DNA from: Thermoanaerobaculia bacterium
GTDB lineage: Bacteria; Acidobacteriota; Thermoanaerobaculia; Multivoradales; Multivoraceae
Assembly (NCBI GenBank): GCA_963664405.1
Contig: OY761158.1
Span: 6,656,001 to 6,720,000, forward strand
Direction of reading: 5' to 3'
Length of the DNA stretch: 64,000 bases
The notes beneath the pieces were generated by a model, which was given only the letters and a program-made list of their open reading frames with translations, was not told the origin of the DNA and did no database searches. Shown here one piece after another: positions 10,240-20,200 of the stretch; position 1 is the stretch's first letter; each line of letters starts with the position of its first letter. The translations under genes were made by a program, and so were the position numbers.

Positions 10240-11765
10240 CCGGAAATGGGGGAGCCGGCTCTGACGGTCTCAAGAGCGTCGCCCTGGCCGCGGGCCCAAT
10301 CGCTGCAGGCACTCTCTATCTGATCCTCGGCAGATCCGAAGGGCTTTCCGATGCCGGACGCGGGGTGGCCGCGCTAGCGGTCTTGATGGCGGTTTGGTGG
10401 CTGACCGAGGCCATTCCGATTCCGGCGACAGGCCTTCTTCCGATCGCGGCCCTACCCCTGGTCACCCGTGGTGAGGTCTCAGTGGCGAACGCGGCGGCGC
10501 CTTATGCCCGCGATCTCATTTTCCTATTCATGGGCGGCTTCATGTTGGCCCTGGCCATGGAGAGATGGAACCTCCATCGTCGGGTCGCGATCCGTACCGT
10601 ACTGATTGCGGGTACTCGACCTACCCGAATGATCTTCGGCTTCATGGTCGCTACCGCCTTTCTCAGCATGTGGATCTCCAACACGGCGACGACGGTGATG
10701 ATGCTGCCGATCGGGCTGAGCGTCATCGACCTGGTGCGGCGCGAGCTGGCGAAGAACAAGGACCCGTCGCTTCCGGCAGCGGGAGAGCCGTTCCCGTTTG
10801 CTATCGCCCTGCTCCTCGGTATCGCCTATGCAGCTTCGATTGGTGGCGTCTCTACGATCATCGGGACGCCGCCCAACGGCCTCCTCGCCGCGTTTGTGCG
10901 GGACACTTACGGACTCGAGATCTCGATGCAGAGCTGGCTGCCGATCGGGCTCAGCTTCACTGTCGTGTTCTTGCCGGTTGCTTGGTGGGTACTGACTCGC
11001 TGGAGTTTCCCGGTGACGATCGGAGATATCCCCGGAGGCCGGGCTCTCATCCGTGGAGAGCTGGCCCGGCTTGGTCCGATGTCAGCGGCCGAGAGAAGAG
11101 TGCTTATCGTCTTTGTGTGCACCGCGACGGCGTGGGTCGGTCGCAGCTGGCTCACCGGACTCACCTTTGCCGGTGGTGTCAGGCCTTTTATGGGGTTGTC
11201 CGATGCCGGTATCGCGATTGGGGCAGCCTTGTGCCTGTTCATCCTGAGAGCTCCGGGCGAGGGGGAGAATCTACTGGACTGGAACCAGGCAGTGAAACTT
11301 CCCTGGGGCATCCTCATTCTCATCGGCGGAGGTTTGAGTCTGGCCGCGGCGGTCAGCCAGACAGGCGTGGACCGCTTCATCGGTGAGTCGGTGGCAGGGC
11401 TCCAAGGGATCCCAAGCCCGGTCGTGGTCGTCGTAGTCGGGGGAATGGTCATCCTACTCACCGAATTGACGAGTAATGCGGCGACCACCGCAACCTTTCT
11501 GCCAATCATGGGCGCGGTTGCCGAGGGCCTGGGCATCGACCCACTATTGTTGGTGATTCCTCTGACCATGGGGGCAAGCTGCGCATTCATGATGCCGGTC
11601 GCGACGCCGCCGAATGCCATTGTGTTCGGGTCGGGCGAGATCACCATCGCCCAGATGTGCCGTGCCGGCCTCTGGCTCAATGTCATCGGCCTGGTGCTAC
11701 TGGTAGCGGTGGTCTATCTGGTTGCCGTGCCGGTCCTGGGAATCGACCTGGTGGCGAGTCCCTGA
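10236..11765 (+). CDS. DASS/SLC13 sodium:di/tricarboxylate (or sulfate) symporter
   Basis: SMWISNTATT, IGTPPN, TELTSNAAT and MPVATPPNA motifs; start overlaps the upstream stop (TTGA). Confidence 0.92.
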   Translation: MTGNGGAGSDGLKSVALAAGPIAAGTLYLILGRSEGLSDAGRGVAALAVLMAVWWLTEAIPIPATGLLPIAALPLVTRGEVSVANAAAPYARDLIFLFMGGFMLALAMERWNLHRRVAIRTVLIAGTRPTRMIFGFMVATAFLSMWISNTATTVMMLPIGLSVIDLVRRELAKNKDPSLPAAGEPFPFAIALLLGIAYAASIGGVSTIIGTPPNGLLAAFVRDTYGLEISMQSWLPIGLSFTVVFLPVAWWVLTRWSFPVTIGDIPGGRALIRGELARLGPMSAAERRVLIVFVCTATAWVGRSWLTGLTFAGGVRPFMGLSDAGIAIGAALCLFILRAPGEGENLLDWNQAVKLPWGILILIGGGLSLAAAVSQTGVDRFIGESVAGLQGIPSPVVVVVVGGMVILLTELTSNAATTATFLPIMGAVAEGLGIDPLLLVIPLTMGASCAFMMPVATPPNAIVFGSGEITIAQMCRAGLWLNVIGLVLLVAVVYLVAVPVLGIDLVASP

Positions 11766-11860
11766 GCGAGCCGAGATCGGTTGGCGAGCCCACGGGCCCG
11801 TGGGTCTTCGGTTCCTTTGGGCTTGCCAGCGGTTTCGGGCGACCTGCGTCTCTTATAGGC

Positions 11861-12541
11861 ATGAAGGGCACTGTGCGGGATCTTCCCCTCGAAGACAGAC
11901 CGAGGGAGCGCCTCCTTCTTCGAGGAGCCAAGAGTCTCTCGGACTCCGAGCTTGTCGCGATACTCCTTCGCACGGGCTGCCGGGGCAGCTCAGCGTTGGA
12001 GGTAGGGAGAGATCTCCTTCTCTCCTGTGGCGGCCTACCCGGCCTTGCTTCGCGGGATCTCAGGGCGTTGGATCAACGCGGTCTCGGTGCGGCGAAGATG
12101 GCGACTCTTCTCGCCGCAGTCGAGATCGGTCGTAGGGTGGCTAGAGCAGAGCTACCGTCACGAGTGCCCCTGAGCGAGCCGGATGCTGTCGCCCGTTACT
12201 TGAGCATGCGCTACGGTTGCCCAGACCAAGAGGTGATGGGGGCACTGTTTCTCGATGCTCGTCAGCGACTGCTTGGCGAGTCGGAGCACTTTCGCGGCAC
12301 GCTGAGTCGAGCCGCCGTCGAGCCGCGCCCGATCTTGAAAGAAGGGCTCCTGCAGGGAGCCGCAGCGCTACTGCTCTTCCATACCCATCCAAGCGGCGAC
12401 CCGAGTCCCAGTGCCGAAGACCTGGCCTTTACCCGTCGAATGTCGAAGGCCGGCGAGGTGGTTGGTATTCGGCTGCTGGATCACCTCATTCTAGGGTCCG
12501 GCAGCCGCTGGCTCTCTCTACGGCAGAGAGGGGCGCTGTGA
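11861..12541 (+). CDS. radC: RadC family JAB-domain protein
   Basis: RPRERL...LSDSELVAILLRTG N-terminus; HTHPSGDPSPSAED and LLDHLI JAB motifs. Confidence 0.93.
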   Translation: MKGTVRDLPLEDRPRERLLLRGAKSLSDSELVAILLRTGCRGSSALEVGRDLLLSCGGLPGLASRDLRALDQRGLGAAKMATLLAAVEIGRRVARAELPSRVPLSEPDAVARYLSMRYGCPDQEVMGALFLDARQRLLGESEHFRGTLSRAAVEPRPILKEGLLQGAAALLLFHTHPSGDPSPSAEDLAFTRRMSKAGEVVGIRLLDHLILGSGSRWLSLRQRGAL

Positions 12542-12562
12542 GGGGGGGGCGCGGCCCCCCTT
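12541..12562. terminator. GC hairpin between convergent radC and pnp (possible bidirectional terminator)
   Basis: AGGGGGGGGC-GCG-GCCCCCCTT lies between the two stop codons; the U-tract is weak. Confidence 0.4.
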
Positions 12563-12575
12563 CTCGCGGTGTGTG

Positions 12576-14807
12576 CTAGCGGCCTCGACCGCCTCTGCCG
12601 CCGCGCCCGCCGGAACGACCTCGGTCGCGATCGCCTCCGCGGCCGCGATCGCGACCCCGGTCGCCACCGCCGCCCCTACCCGGATCCTCGACTCCCATGC
12701 CCTCGTATTTTGCGGGATCATAATCCGGGGCTTCCATGATCACGGCCTTCCGCGACAGGCGCACTTTGTTGGGGGGCTCGATGTCGATGACTTTCACACT
12801 CACCTCGTCCCCTTCGCTGAGGATGTCGCGCACGTCGCCGACGCGGTAAGGAGCGAGCTCGCTGACGTGGCACAGTCCGTCGGTTCCCGGCAGGATCTCG
12901 ACGAAGGCTCCGTACGCCTCGATGCGCTGTACGGTGCCGGTGTAGACCCGGCCCACTTCGGGCACCTCGGTGAGCTCTTCGATCATCTCGATCGCACGCT
13001 TCGCGGCGAGGCCATCTGGCGAGGCGACGATGACTTTGCCGTCGTTCTCGATCTCGATCTCGCAGCCGGTCTCCTCTTGGATCGCCCGGATGGTCTTGCC
13101 TCCCGGGCCGATGATGTCGCGAATCTTGTCGGGCGGCACCTGCAGGGTGTGCAGTCTCGGTGCCCAGTTCGAGAGGTCCTCTCGAGGCTGGCGGATCTGC
13201 TCTTTCATCGCGGCCAGGATGTGGAGGCGGCCCGCTTTGGCCTGCGTCAGCGCTGTCGCCATGATCTCCTTGGAGACGCCCGCGACTTTGATGTCCATTT
13301 GCAGAGCCGTAATTCCTTCTTCGGTTCCTGCGACTTTGAAGTCCATGTCGCCGTAGTGGTCTTCTTGTCCCGCAATGTCACTGAGGACCGCGAAATCGCC
13401 GTCCTGCATGACCAGGCCCATCGCCACGCCCGCGACCGGAGCCAGTACTGGAACGCCGGCGTCAAAGAGGGCCAGCGAGCTTGCGCAGACGGTAGCCATC
13501 GAGGAAGAGCCGTTGGACTCCAGAATGTCGGAGACCACGCGGATGGTGTAAGGAAAGTCGTCTTCCTGAGGTAGCAGGGGGGTCAGGGCCCGTCGGGCGA
13601 GGACTCCGTGCCCTATTTCCCGACGGCCGGGGCCCCGTAGGAAGCGAACCTCGCCGACAGAGAAGGGGGGGAAATTGTAGTGGAGAAGGAATTTCTCAAA
13701 TGTGTCACCTTGGTATCCCTCTACCAGCTGAGCGTCGCGCCGTGTACCGAGGGTCACGGTGGCGAGAGCTTGAGTCTCGCCACGGGTGAACAGTCCGGAG
13801 CCGTGGGTTCTGGGTAGTAATCCCACTTCGATATCGAGATTGCGGATCTCGTCCGAGGCTCGGCCGTCGAATCGTTTCCCTACCTTGAGGACCGCGTCGC
13901 GGAGGGCTTCTTCTTCGAGTACCTTGAAGATCTTCTTGGCGTTGTCTCGCGCCTCCTCGTCGTTTTCGGGGAGGCTCTCGAGGTTCGCCTTGACCACCTT
14001 GTCGACGGCGTCCTTGCGGGCGAACTTGGCGGGTGTGTTCAGGGCGGCCAAGAAGTCGTCCCAGGCGGAAGCACGAAGGGTGTCGTAGAGCTCCTGAGGG
14101 TAGGGCTCGGGGGATTTCCAGTCGGGCTTTTCGAGCCGCATCTCACGGAACATCTCGTGCTGCGCCAGAATGATCTTCTGTGTCTCTTGCTGGGCCGCGA
14201 AGATGCAATCGAGGATGACCTGCTCGGAGAGCTGGTTCGCCGCGGCTTCGACCATGACGATTGCCTGCTCTGTCGAGACCACGACGAGGTCGAGGTCAGC
14301 CACGTCGCGCAGGCTGTTGGTTGGGTTGAAGACCATCTCACCCTCGATGAGCGCGACTCGAACGGCTCCCAAGGGGTTGTAGTAGGGGATGTCCGAGAGC
14401 ACGAGGGCGGTGGATGCGCCGTTGATACCGAGGATGTCCGAGTCGTTCTCCCCGTCGGCCGAGATTACGAGCGAGATGATCTGCGTTTCATGGGTGTAGC
14501 CTTCGGGGAAGAGCGGTCGAAGGGGACGGTCGATCAGGCGGCAGGTAATGATCTCTTTCTCGCTGGGGCGTCCTTCTCGCTTAAAGAAGCCACCCGGGAT
14601 GCGCCCGCCTGCCGCGGCATTCTCGCGATAATCAACGGTCAAGGGCAGAAAGTCACGGGGCCGTCCGCTCTTTTCCGCACACGCCGTGGTGAGGACTATG
14701 GTGTCGCCGAGGCGGATCTCGCACGATCCGTCGGCTTGCTTGGCGAGTCGGCCCGACTGGATGAGGAGCGGGTTTTCTCCGATGGAGATTTCTTTTCTGT
14801 GGGTCAT
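12576..14807 (-). CDS. pnp: polyribonucleotide nucleotidyltransferase (PNPase)
   Basis: FLPLTVDYRE, GRIPGGFFKREG, ESNGSSSMA, DMDFKVAG, KH and S1 domains. ATG 14807 follows AAGGAAG. Confidence 0.97.
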   Translation of the reverse strand: MTHRKEISIGENPLLIQSGRLAKQADGSCEIRLGDTIVLTTACAEKSGRPRDFLPLTVDYRENAAAGGRIPGGFFKREGRPSEKEIITCRLIDRPLRPLFPEGYTHETQIISLVISADGENDSDILGINGASTALVLSDIPYYNPLGAVRVALIEGEMVFNPTNSLRDVADLDLVVVSTEQAIVMVEAAANQLSEQVILDCIFAAQQETQKIILAQHEMFREMRLEKPDWKSPEPYPQELYDTLRASAWDDFLAALNTPAKFARKDAVDKVVKANLESLPENDEEARDNAKKIFKVLEEEALRDAVLKVGKRFDGRASDEIRNLDIEVGLLPRTHGSGLFTRGETQALATVTLGTRRDAQLVEGYQGDTFEKFLLHYNFPPFSVGEVRFLRGPGRREIGHGVLARRALTPLLPQEDDFPYTIRVVSDILESNGSSSMATVCASSLALFDAGVPVLAPVAGVAMGLVMQDGDFAVLSDIAGQEDHYGDMDFKVAGTEEGITALQMDIKVAGVSKEIMATALTQAKAGRLHILAAMKEQIRQPREDLSNWAPRLHTLQVPPDKIRDIIGPGGKTIRAIQEETGCEIEIENDGKVIVASPDGLAAKRAIEMIEELTEVPEVGRVYTGTVQRIEAYGAFVEILPGTDGLCHVSELAPYRVGDVRDILSEGDEVSVKVIDIEPPNKVRLSRKAVIMEAPDYDPAKYEGMGVEDPGRGGGGDRGRDRGRGGDRDRGRSGGRGGRGGRGR

Positions 14808-14910
14808 TTTCTTCCTTACGCTGGGTACAGTACTCCGCATGTCCGGTGTGCAGGGGAGGGCGCTCGGGCTACGGAGGACACCCGAGGCAGGATCTTTGTG
14901 GATTTGATGT

Positions 14911-15180
14911 CTATTTACGCAGACCGAGGCGTCCGATTGTGGACTTGTAGCGCTCGCTGTTCTGCGATCTCAGATAGTTCAAGAGGCGGCGTCGCCGCCC
15001 GACCAGCTTGAGCAGGCCGCGGCGGCCATGGTGATCCTTCGCGTGGACCCGGAAGTGCTCCGTCAGGTGGTTGATGCGATCCGTGAGCAGCGCCACCTGA
15101 ACCTCCGGCGAACCGGTGTCGAAATCATGGAGTTTGAAATCTCCGATGATCGAGTTTTTCTGCTCTTTACTCTGCCCCAA
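14911..15180 (-). CDS. rpsO: 30S ribosomal protein S15
   Basis: [13 protein letters not shown]...[26 protein letters not shown] start after AAGGAG gives 89 aa. Confidence 0.96.
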   Translation of the reverse strand: MGQSKEQKNSIIGDFKLHDFDTGSPEVQVALLTDRINHLTEHFRVHAKDHHGRRGLLKLVGRRRRLLNYLRSQNSERYKSTIGRLGLRK

Positions 15181-15226
15181 AACACACTCCTTATTTCTTC
15201 TTTTCGCGCGCGATATTACCACAGCG

Positions 15227-16132
15227 CTACTTGAAAACGATTTTCGGTTGGACTACTCGCACGCCTTCGGGCCCAAGGCACTCGATGACGGCTCCGACAG
15301 CTACGAACTCGTTGTGGCCGTTGATCACCTTCACCCAGTCGCCTTCGCCGACGCGGGCGTCTTTCACCAGTACTGTCTGGCCGTGCGTGATGCGCTTCTC
15401 CTGCTGAGGATCTGTGCGGATGGACTCGAAGGGAAGGGGGATGTCATCAAAGGGTATGAAGGCGGGGGTGAGTCGATCTTCGGCGAGCGCCACAGCCAGT
15501 GCGGCGACGGTGAGAGCGTCCTCGACCTTGAAAGAGCCGATCTGGTGTCGACGCAACTCCACTAGATGGGCCGCAGTTCCGAGACGCTGACCCAGCTCGT
15601 GTGCCAGTGAGCGAGCGTAGGTTCCGGAGGCGCAGCGGAGTCGGAAGCGCAGCAGGTCGCCTTCGAGCTCCCCGGTGGCGGAGAAATCGTAGATGTGTAC
15701 GCGCTTGGTCTTGAGCGGAACTTCTTGACCGCGCCGAGCGAGCTCGTAGAAGCGCACGCCGCCGACCTTCTTGGCGCAGTAGGGTGGCGGTTGCTGGTCG
15801 ATCTCGCCTTCGAAGAGCTTCATCGCCGCGGAAATGGACTCTGTGCTCAGCCCGTCCGTTGTGGCCTCCACCGTAACGGTTCCGGACGCGTCGTAAGTGT
15901 CGGTCGCCTGGCCAAAGCGGATCGCTCCTTCGTACACCTTGGGCGCGCGGATGAGAAATCGGGTAAGACGAGTGCCGCGCCCTACGGTCAGGAGTAGCAG
16001 GCCCGTAGCGTCCGGGTCGAGGGTGCCGCAGTGTCCGACTTTCTTCTCGCCGATAACGCGCCGTACTTCTTGGACGACGTCGTGAGATGTGCATCCGGCG
16101 GGCTTATCGAGAAGGAGCAGGCCGTGTCTCAT
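15227..16132 (-). CDS. truB: tRNA pseudouridine(55) synthase
   Basis: [24 protein letters not shown] and SGTYARSL; typical operon position. Confidence 0.95.
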   Translation of the reverse strand: MRHGLLLLDKPAGCTSHDVVQEVRRVIGEKKVGHCGTLDPDATGLLLLTVGRGTRLTRFLIRAPKVYEGAIRFGQATDTYDASGTVTVEATTDGLSTESISAAMKLFEGEIDQQPPPYCAKKVGGVRFYELARRGQEVPLKTKRVHIYDFSATGELEGDLLRFRLRCASGTYARSLAHELGQRLGTAAHLVELRRHQIGSFKVEDALTVAALAVALAEDRLTPAFIPFDDIPLPFESIRTDPQQEKRITHGQTVLVKDARVGEGDWVKVINGHNEFVAVGAVIECLGPEGVRVVQPKIVFK

Positions 16133-17124
16133 GTCTCTTCTCGCATCTTCGCCGTGAGTAAGTCCACTACTTGTTGCCGTACCGAGTCGAGCTCACCCGC
16201 GAGGACGAAGCCGGCGGCGTTGCGGTGGCCACCACCCCCGTGCTCGCTGGCGATCTTCTCGACATCGATTCCGTCACTACGGCTACGGAGCGAGATTTTG
16301 ACTTCCCCGTTCTCGACGTCACGGAAGAGCGCGACGGCCTCGACGCCGCGAATGGTCCGCGGAAAGTCGACGAGACCCTCGGAGTCGCTTGGCGAAGCGA
16401 CCGCTTTTTCGTACATTTGTGGGGTCAACGCGACCGTGGCCAGCCGGCCCTCGACGTCGATCTCGAGGGTCGGAAGCATCTCGCCGAGAAGGCGCAGACT
16501 GCCGAGAGGCTTACTCTCGAACAGCCACTCTGAGACCCGCTCTGGGGAGGCCCCGGCTTCGACCATGCGCGCGGCGGCAGTGAAGGCTTGCGAGGTCGAG
16601 TTGGAGAAGCGAAAGCCGCCGGTGTCGGATACCAGAGCGAGGTAGAGCGCGGTTGCTGTGTCGCCGTCGATCTCGACGGCGAGAGCATGGGCCAGATCCA
16701 GAACCAGGACCCCCACGGCGGGGGCGGAAGGGTCGACCCAGTTGACTTGCCCGTAGTGCTGATTGCCCAGATGGTGGTCGATGTTGAGGATCGGCAACTG
16801 ATCGAGCGCGTCTGCCAGGCCGCTTCGGTCCAAGGTCGGGCACTCGAGCGCGATCGCGGTGTCGTAGATCTCGGGGAAGCCGCGTGGCGGCTCAGGGCCG
16901 ATGTGGAAGCGGTCAGTTCCCGGCATCGGCGAATAGAGAGCGGGTACAGGGTCGCGGTTCCACACCGTGACCGCCTTGCCCAGCTGTCGGAGCACGCGCG
17001 CCAAGCCGAGCTCGGAGCCCATCGCGTCCCCGTCGGGGTTAGCGTGGCTGGTGATGAGTATCCGTCCAGCCTCGCGCAGGCGAGAGACCAGCTCCTCAGG
17101 TGCTGGGGTCGTTGTCGAATTCAT
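16129..17124 (-). CDS. nrnA: DHH/DHHA1 phosphoesterase (NrnA-like nanoRNase / pAp phosphatase)
   Basis: HANPDGDA, IDHH, SDTGGF and GGGGHRNAAG; lies between rbfA and truB. Confidence 0.88.
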   Translation of the reverse strand: MNSTTTPAPEELVSRLREAGRILITSHANPDGDAMGSELGLARVLRQLGKAVTVWNRDPVPALYSPMPGTDRFHIGPEPPRGFPEIYDTAIALECPTLDRSGLADALDQLPILNIDHHLGNQHYGQVNWVDPSAPAVGVLVLDLAHALAVEIDGDTATALYLALVSDTGGFRFSNSTSQAFTAAARMVEAGASPERVSEWLFESKPLGSLRLLGEMLPTLEIDVEGRLATVALTPQMYEKAVASPSDSEGLVDFPRTIRGVEAVALFRDVENGEVKISLRSRSDGIDVEKIASEHGGGGHRNAAGFVLAGELDSVRQQVVDLLTAKMREET

Positions 17125-17449
17125 CGAGGATCTCCGAGATTCGAAGGTTGTGATCGGCCGCTCGATCGAGCTCGAACGAGAGCTCGGGCGTGGAACGCAA
17201 TCTCTTTAGTCTGGAAGCGAGCTTGGAACGTAGAAAGCCGCGCGCCTTCACCAGCGCGGCGACGCAAGCTTCTCGCTCCTCTTCGGTGCCGAGAGCCGAG
17301 ACCGCGACTCGTGCGTGCCTAAGATCTCCAGAGACCTCGACGCGAGCGACGGTCGCGAGCTTGACTCGGGGGTCACGAACTTCTCGCAGCAGTAGGGTGT
17401 TGATCTCCGCTCGCAACATGTCGCCGACTCTTTCGGTGCGAAGGGTCAA
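17096..17449 (-). CDS. rbfA: ribosome-binding factor A
   Basis: RTERV...VRDPRV...VEVSGDLRHARV...TPELSFELD. TTG start after GGAGG overlaps the DUF503 stop. Confidence 0.93.
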   Translation of the reverse strand: MTLRTERVGDMLRAEINTLLLREVRDPRVKLATVARVEVSGDLRHARVAVSALGTEEEREACVAALVKARGFLRSKLASRLKRLRSTPELSFELDRAADHNLRISEILDEFDNDPST

Positions 17450-17739
17450 GATATGCCCTCCAGATACTGAGGCTGCCAATGGGTGATGTAACAGCCGCCG
17501 TGATCGTCGACAAGGCTCCGGATCCGCTCGAGTACGCGGTCCACGTCGCCTTGGCGGTGGCCGAGGAGAGCCACCGCGATCTCGCTGCGCTGATGCAGCT
17601 CTTGCAGGTCGCTCTCGAGAATCGACACGCGGAAGCGGACGGCGATCCTCTCGACCAGGCTCTTGATCACCTTTCGCTTCTCCTTGAGACTCGTCGCCTC
17701 AGGGACGTGCAGCTCAAAGACGGAAATACCCACGACCAT
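17446..17739 (-). CDS. DUF503 (YlxP-like) protein
   Basis: SLKEKRKVIKSL...RFRVSI motif; position directly after infB. Confidence 0.88.
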   Translation of the reverse strand: MVVGISVFELHVPEATSLKEKRKVIKSLVERIAVRFRVSILESDLQELHQRSEIAVALLGHRQGDVDRVLERIRSLVDDHGGCYITHWQPQYLEGIS

Positions 17740-17794
17740 AGACAGTACCTAACGGGGAGAGTGGTAGCAGGCTTGCGGCGCTACCGACAAGGAA

Positions 17795-20170
17795 TCAGAG
17801 AGTAGCGGCGACCTCTTCGCGCTCGTAGACTTCGATGAAGTCGCCTGGTTTGACGTCCTGGAATCGATCGAGCCCGATGCCGCAGTCGAAGCCACTTCGC
17901 ACTTCGGCGGCGTCGTCCTTGAACCGGCGCAGCGACTCGACTCGTCCTTCGTAAACGACGACGTTGTCTCTCAGCAGACGGGCTTTGGCGCCACGAGGAA
18001 TGATGCCCTCGACGACATGGCAGCCGGCAATGGTACCCATCTTCGGGATCTTGAAGGTCTCACGCACCTCGGCTCGGCCTCTGTCGACATCCCGGAAGGT
18101 GGGCTTGAGCAGGCCGGTCATCGCCTTGAGCAGCTCGTCGGTGAGCTCGTAGATGACGGTATGGGTGCGGATTTCCACCCGTTCTTTCGCGGCGAGATCG
18201 GTGGCGGAGCGCTCGGCCCTGACGTTGAAGCCGACTACGATCGCATTGGAAGCGGTCGCGAGAGTCACGTCGTTGGTGGTGATGCCGCCGACGGCGCCAT
18301 GAATGACGCGGACCCTCACCTTTTCGGTCGACAGGTCCGTCAAGGTATCCCTGAGCACTTCGAGAGAACCGTGCACGTCTGCTTTCAAGACGATCGGCAG
18401 CTCTTCGATTTCGCCCTCCTGAATGCGGTCGAAGAGTTGCTCCAGAGAAAGCGAGCCATGGGTTGGGAGCAGTTCTCTTTGTCGCGCTTCATCGCGACGG
18501 AATCTCGCGATGCTTCGGGCCCGCTGCTCGTTCTCGACAACTTGGAAGATGTCTCCGGCCGCGGGCACCTCGCCGAATCCGGTTACTTCCACCGGGCTCG
18601 CCGGTCCGGCCTCCTGAATGCGGGTGCCGGTGTCTTCACTCATCGAGCGCACTTTGCCGAAGGTCGAGCCCGATACGAATACGTCGCCCACGCGCAGGGT
18701 GCCGCTCTGCACCAGCACGGTAGCGATGTTTCCCTTACCGGGGTCCTTTCGAGCTTCCAGAACGGTGCCCTGCGCGGCAACGTCGGGGTCTGCCTTGAGG
18801 TCGAGTAGGTCGGCCGTCAGCAGCAGGATCTCGAGCATCTCGTCGATGCCCTCGCCCTTGAGGGCGGACATGGGGATGGCAGGAACATCGCCGCCCCACT
18901 CTTCGACCATGATGTCGTGGTCGGCGAGATCCTTCTTGACTCGGTCGGGATTGGCGTTCGGTTTGTCGATCTTGTTGATCGCTACCGCGATCGGAACGTT
19001 GCCCTCTTTGGCGTGGTTGATCGCCTCGACGGTCTGAGCCATGACGCTGTCGTCGGCCGCTACGACCAGCACGACGATGTCGGTGACCTTCGCACCGCGA
19101 GCGCGTAGCTTGGTGAAGGCTTCATGGCCTGGGGTGTCGATGAAGACCACTTTGCGACCATGGACATCGACGGTATGGGCACCGATGTGCTGAGTGATGC
19201 CGCCAGACTCGGAAGCGGCGACCCGAGAAGAGCGGATGGCGTCTAGGAGCGAGGTCTTGCCGTGGTCGACATGCCCCATGACGGTGATTACGGGGGCCCG
19301 CGGGCACAGGTTGGCTTCGCGGTCCGGGGCAAGTAGCTCTTCTTCGAGCTGGACCTCTTCCTCGAAGGAGACCTGCAGGGTCTCGAAGCCCAATTCTTCG
19401 GCCAGCTTCTCGGCGAGAGCGCCATCGAGAGTGTGGTTGATCGAGGCCATGATCCCGCGCTTCATGAGAAGCTGAATCACCTCCTTGGACCTCACTCCCA
19501 GCTTGTCCGCGAAATCGCGTACCCTCATGCCCTCGGTGATCGTTACGGGGGGGCGCTCCGAGCCCGGTTCGGTGTCCGAATCCGGCGCGACATCGCGGCG
19601 GTCTTTGCGTCGTTGGCGACGAGCCGAGGCCCGGGCTTCTGCGGACTCCTCGGCCGGAGCCGGCGTCGTTTTAGTTCCGTCTTGCCCTCGAGTCTCGACC
19701 TGGGTCTCGGAAGGCGCGCTCGTGTCGATACTTGCGCTAGCGCTCTCTCCCGCTGGAAGTGCGGCGCCCGTCGTTGCCGTCGCAGCAGCCTCCGGGGTCA
19801 CGGCTACCGGGCGGTCTTCACTCGGAGCCCCGGCGGGCTTGTCCCTGGCTGAGGGGATGGTCTTGATTCGGGGCTCGATGCGCTGAATGAGCGGTCGTCT
19901 CCGCGGGCCGCGGAGGGGGTTCGGCGGCACCCGTCGCGGCGGCGGCCTGCGAGCTGCCGGAGGAGCGTTGACCGCCGACTCAGGGTCGCGCAAAATTACC
20001 TCACGCGGCTGATGAAGCTTCTTGCCGGTCATGATCGCTTGGATCACCTCGGCGTCAATGGACTGGTCCTCGCCTTCGAGGCGTACACCGATGGATCTCA
20101 ACTTGAAGATGAGGTCCTGCAGGGGGACCCCCATCTTCGTTGCCAGATCGCTCACCTGAATCTTCGCCAT
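17795..20170 (-). CDS. infB: translation initiation factor IF-2
   Basis: [34 protein letters not shown] and SLRRFKDD. Confidence 0.98.
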   Translation of the reverse strand: MAKIQVSDLATKMGVPLQDLIFKLRSIGVRLEGEDQSIDAEVIQAIMTGKKLHQPREVILRDPESAVNAPPAARRPPPRRVPPNPLRGPRRRPLIQRIEPRIKTIPSARDKPAGAPSEDRPVAVTPEAAATATTGAALPAGESASASIDTSAPSETQVETRGQDGTKTTPAPAEESAEARASARRQRRKDRRDVAPDSDTEPGSERPPVTITEGMRVRDFADKLGVRSKEVIQLLMKRGIMASINHTLDGALAEKLAEELGFETLQVSFEEEVQLEEELLAPDREANLCPRAPVITVMGHVDHGKTSLLDAIRSSRVAASESGGITQHIGAHTVDVHGRKVVFIDTPGHEAFTKLRARGAKVTDIVVLVVAADDSVMAQTVEAINHAKEGNVPIAVAINKIDKPNANPDRVKKDLADHDIMVEEWGGDVPAIPMSALKGEGIDEMLEILLLTADLLDLKADPDVAAQGTVLEARKDPGKGNIATVLVQSGTLRVGDVFVSGSTFGKVRSMSEDTGTRIQEAGPASPVEVTGFGEVPAAGDIFQVVENEQRARSIARFRRDEARQRELLPTHGSLSLEQLFDRIQEGEIEELPIVLKADVHGSLEVLRDTLTDLSTEKVRVRVIHGAVGGITTNDVTLATASNAIVVGFNVRAERSATDLAAKERVEIRTHTVIYELTDELLKAMTGLLKPTFRDVDRGRAEVRETFKIPKMGTIAGCHVVEGIIPRGAKARLLRDNVVVYEGRVESLRRFKDDAAEVRSGFDCGIGLDRFQDVKPGDFIEVYEREEVAATL

Positions 20171-20200
20171 GCGAGAATTGCCTCCGCGACGCCAGTCGGT

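Noticed and set aside
11861-12541. radC as a marker of a mobile element
   Set aside because: It is the full-length chromosomal type with the N-terminal domain; there is no integrase, att site or compositional shift nearby.
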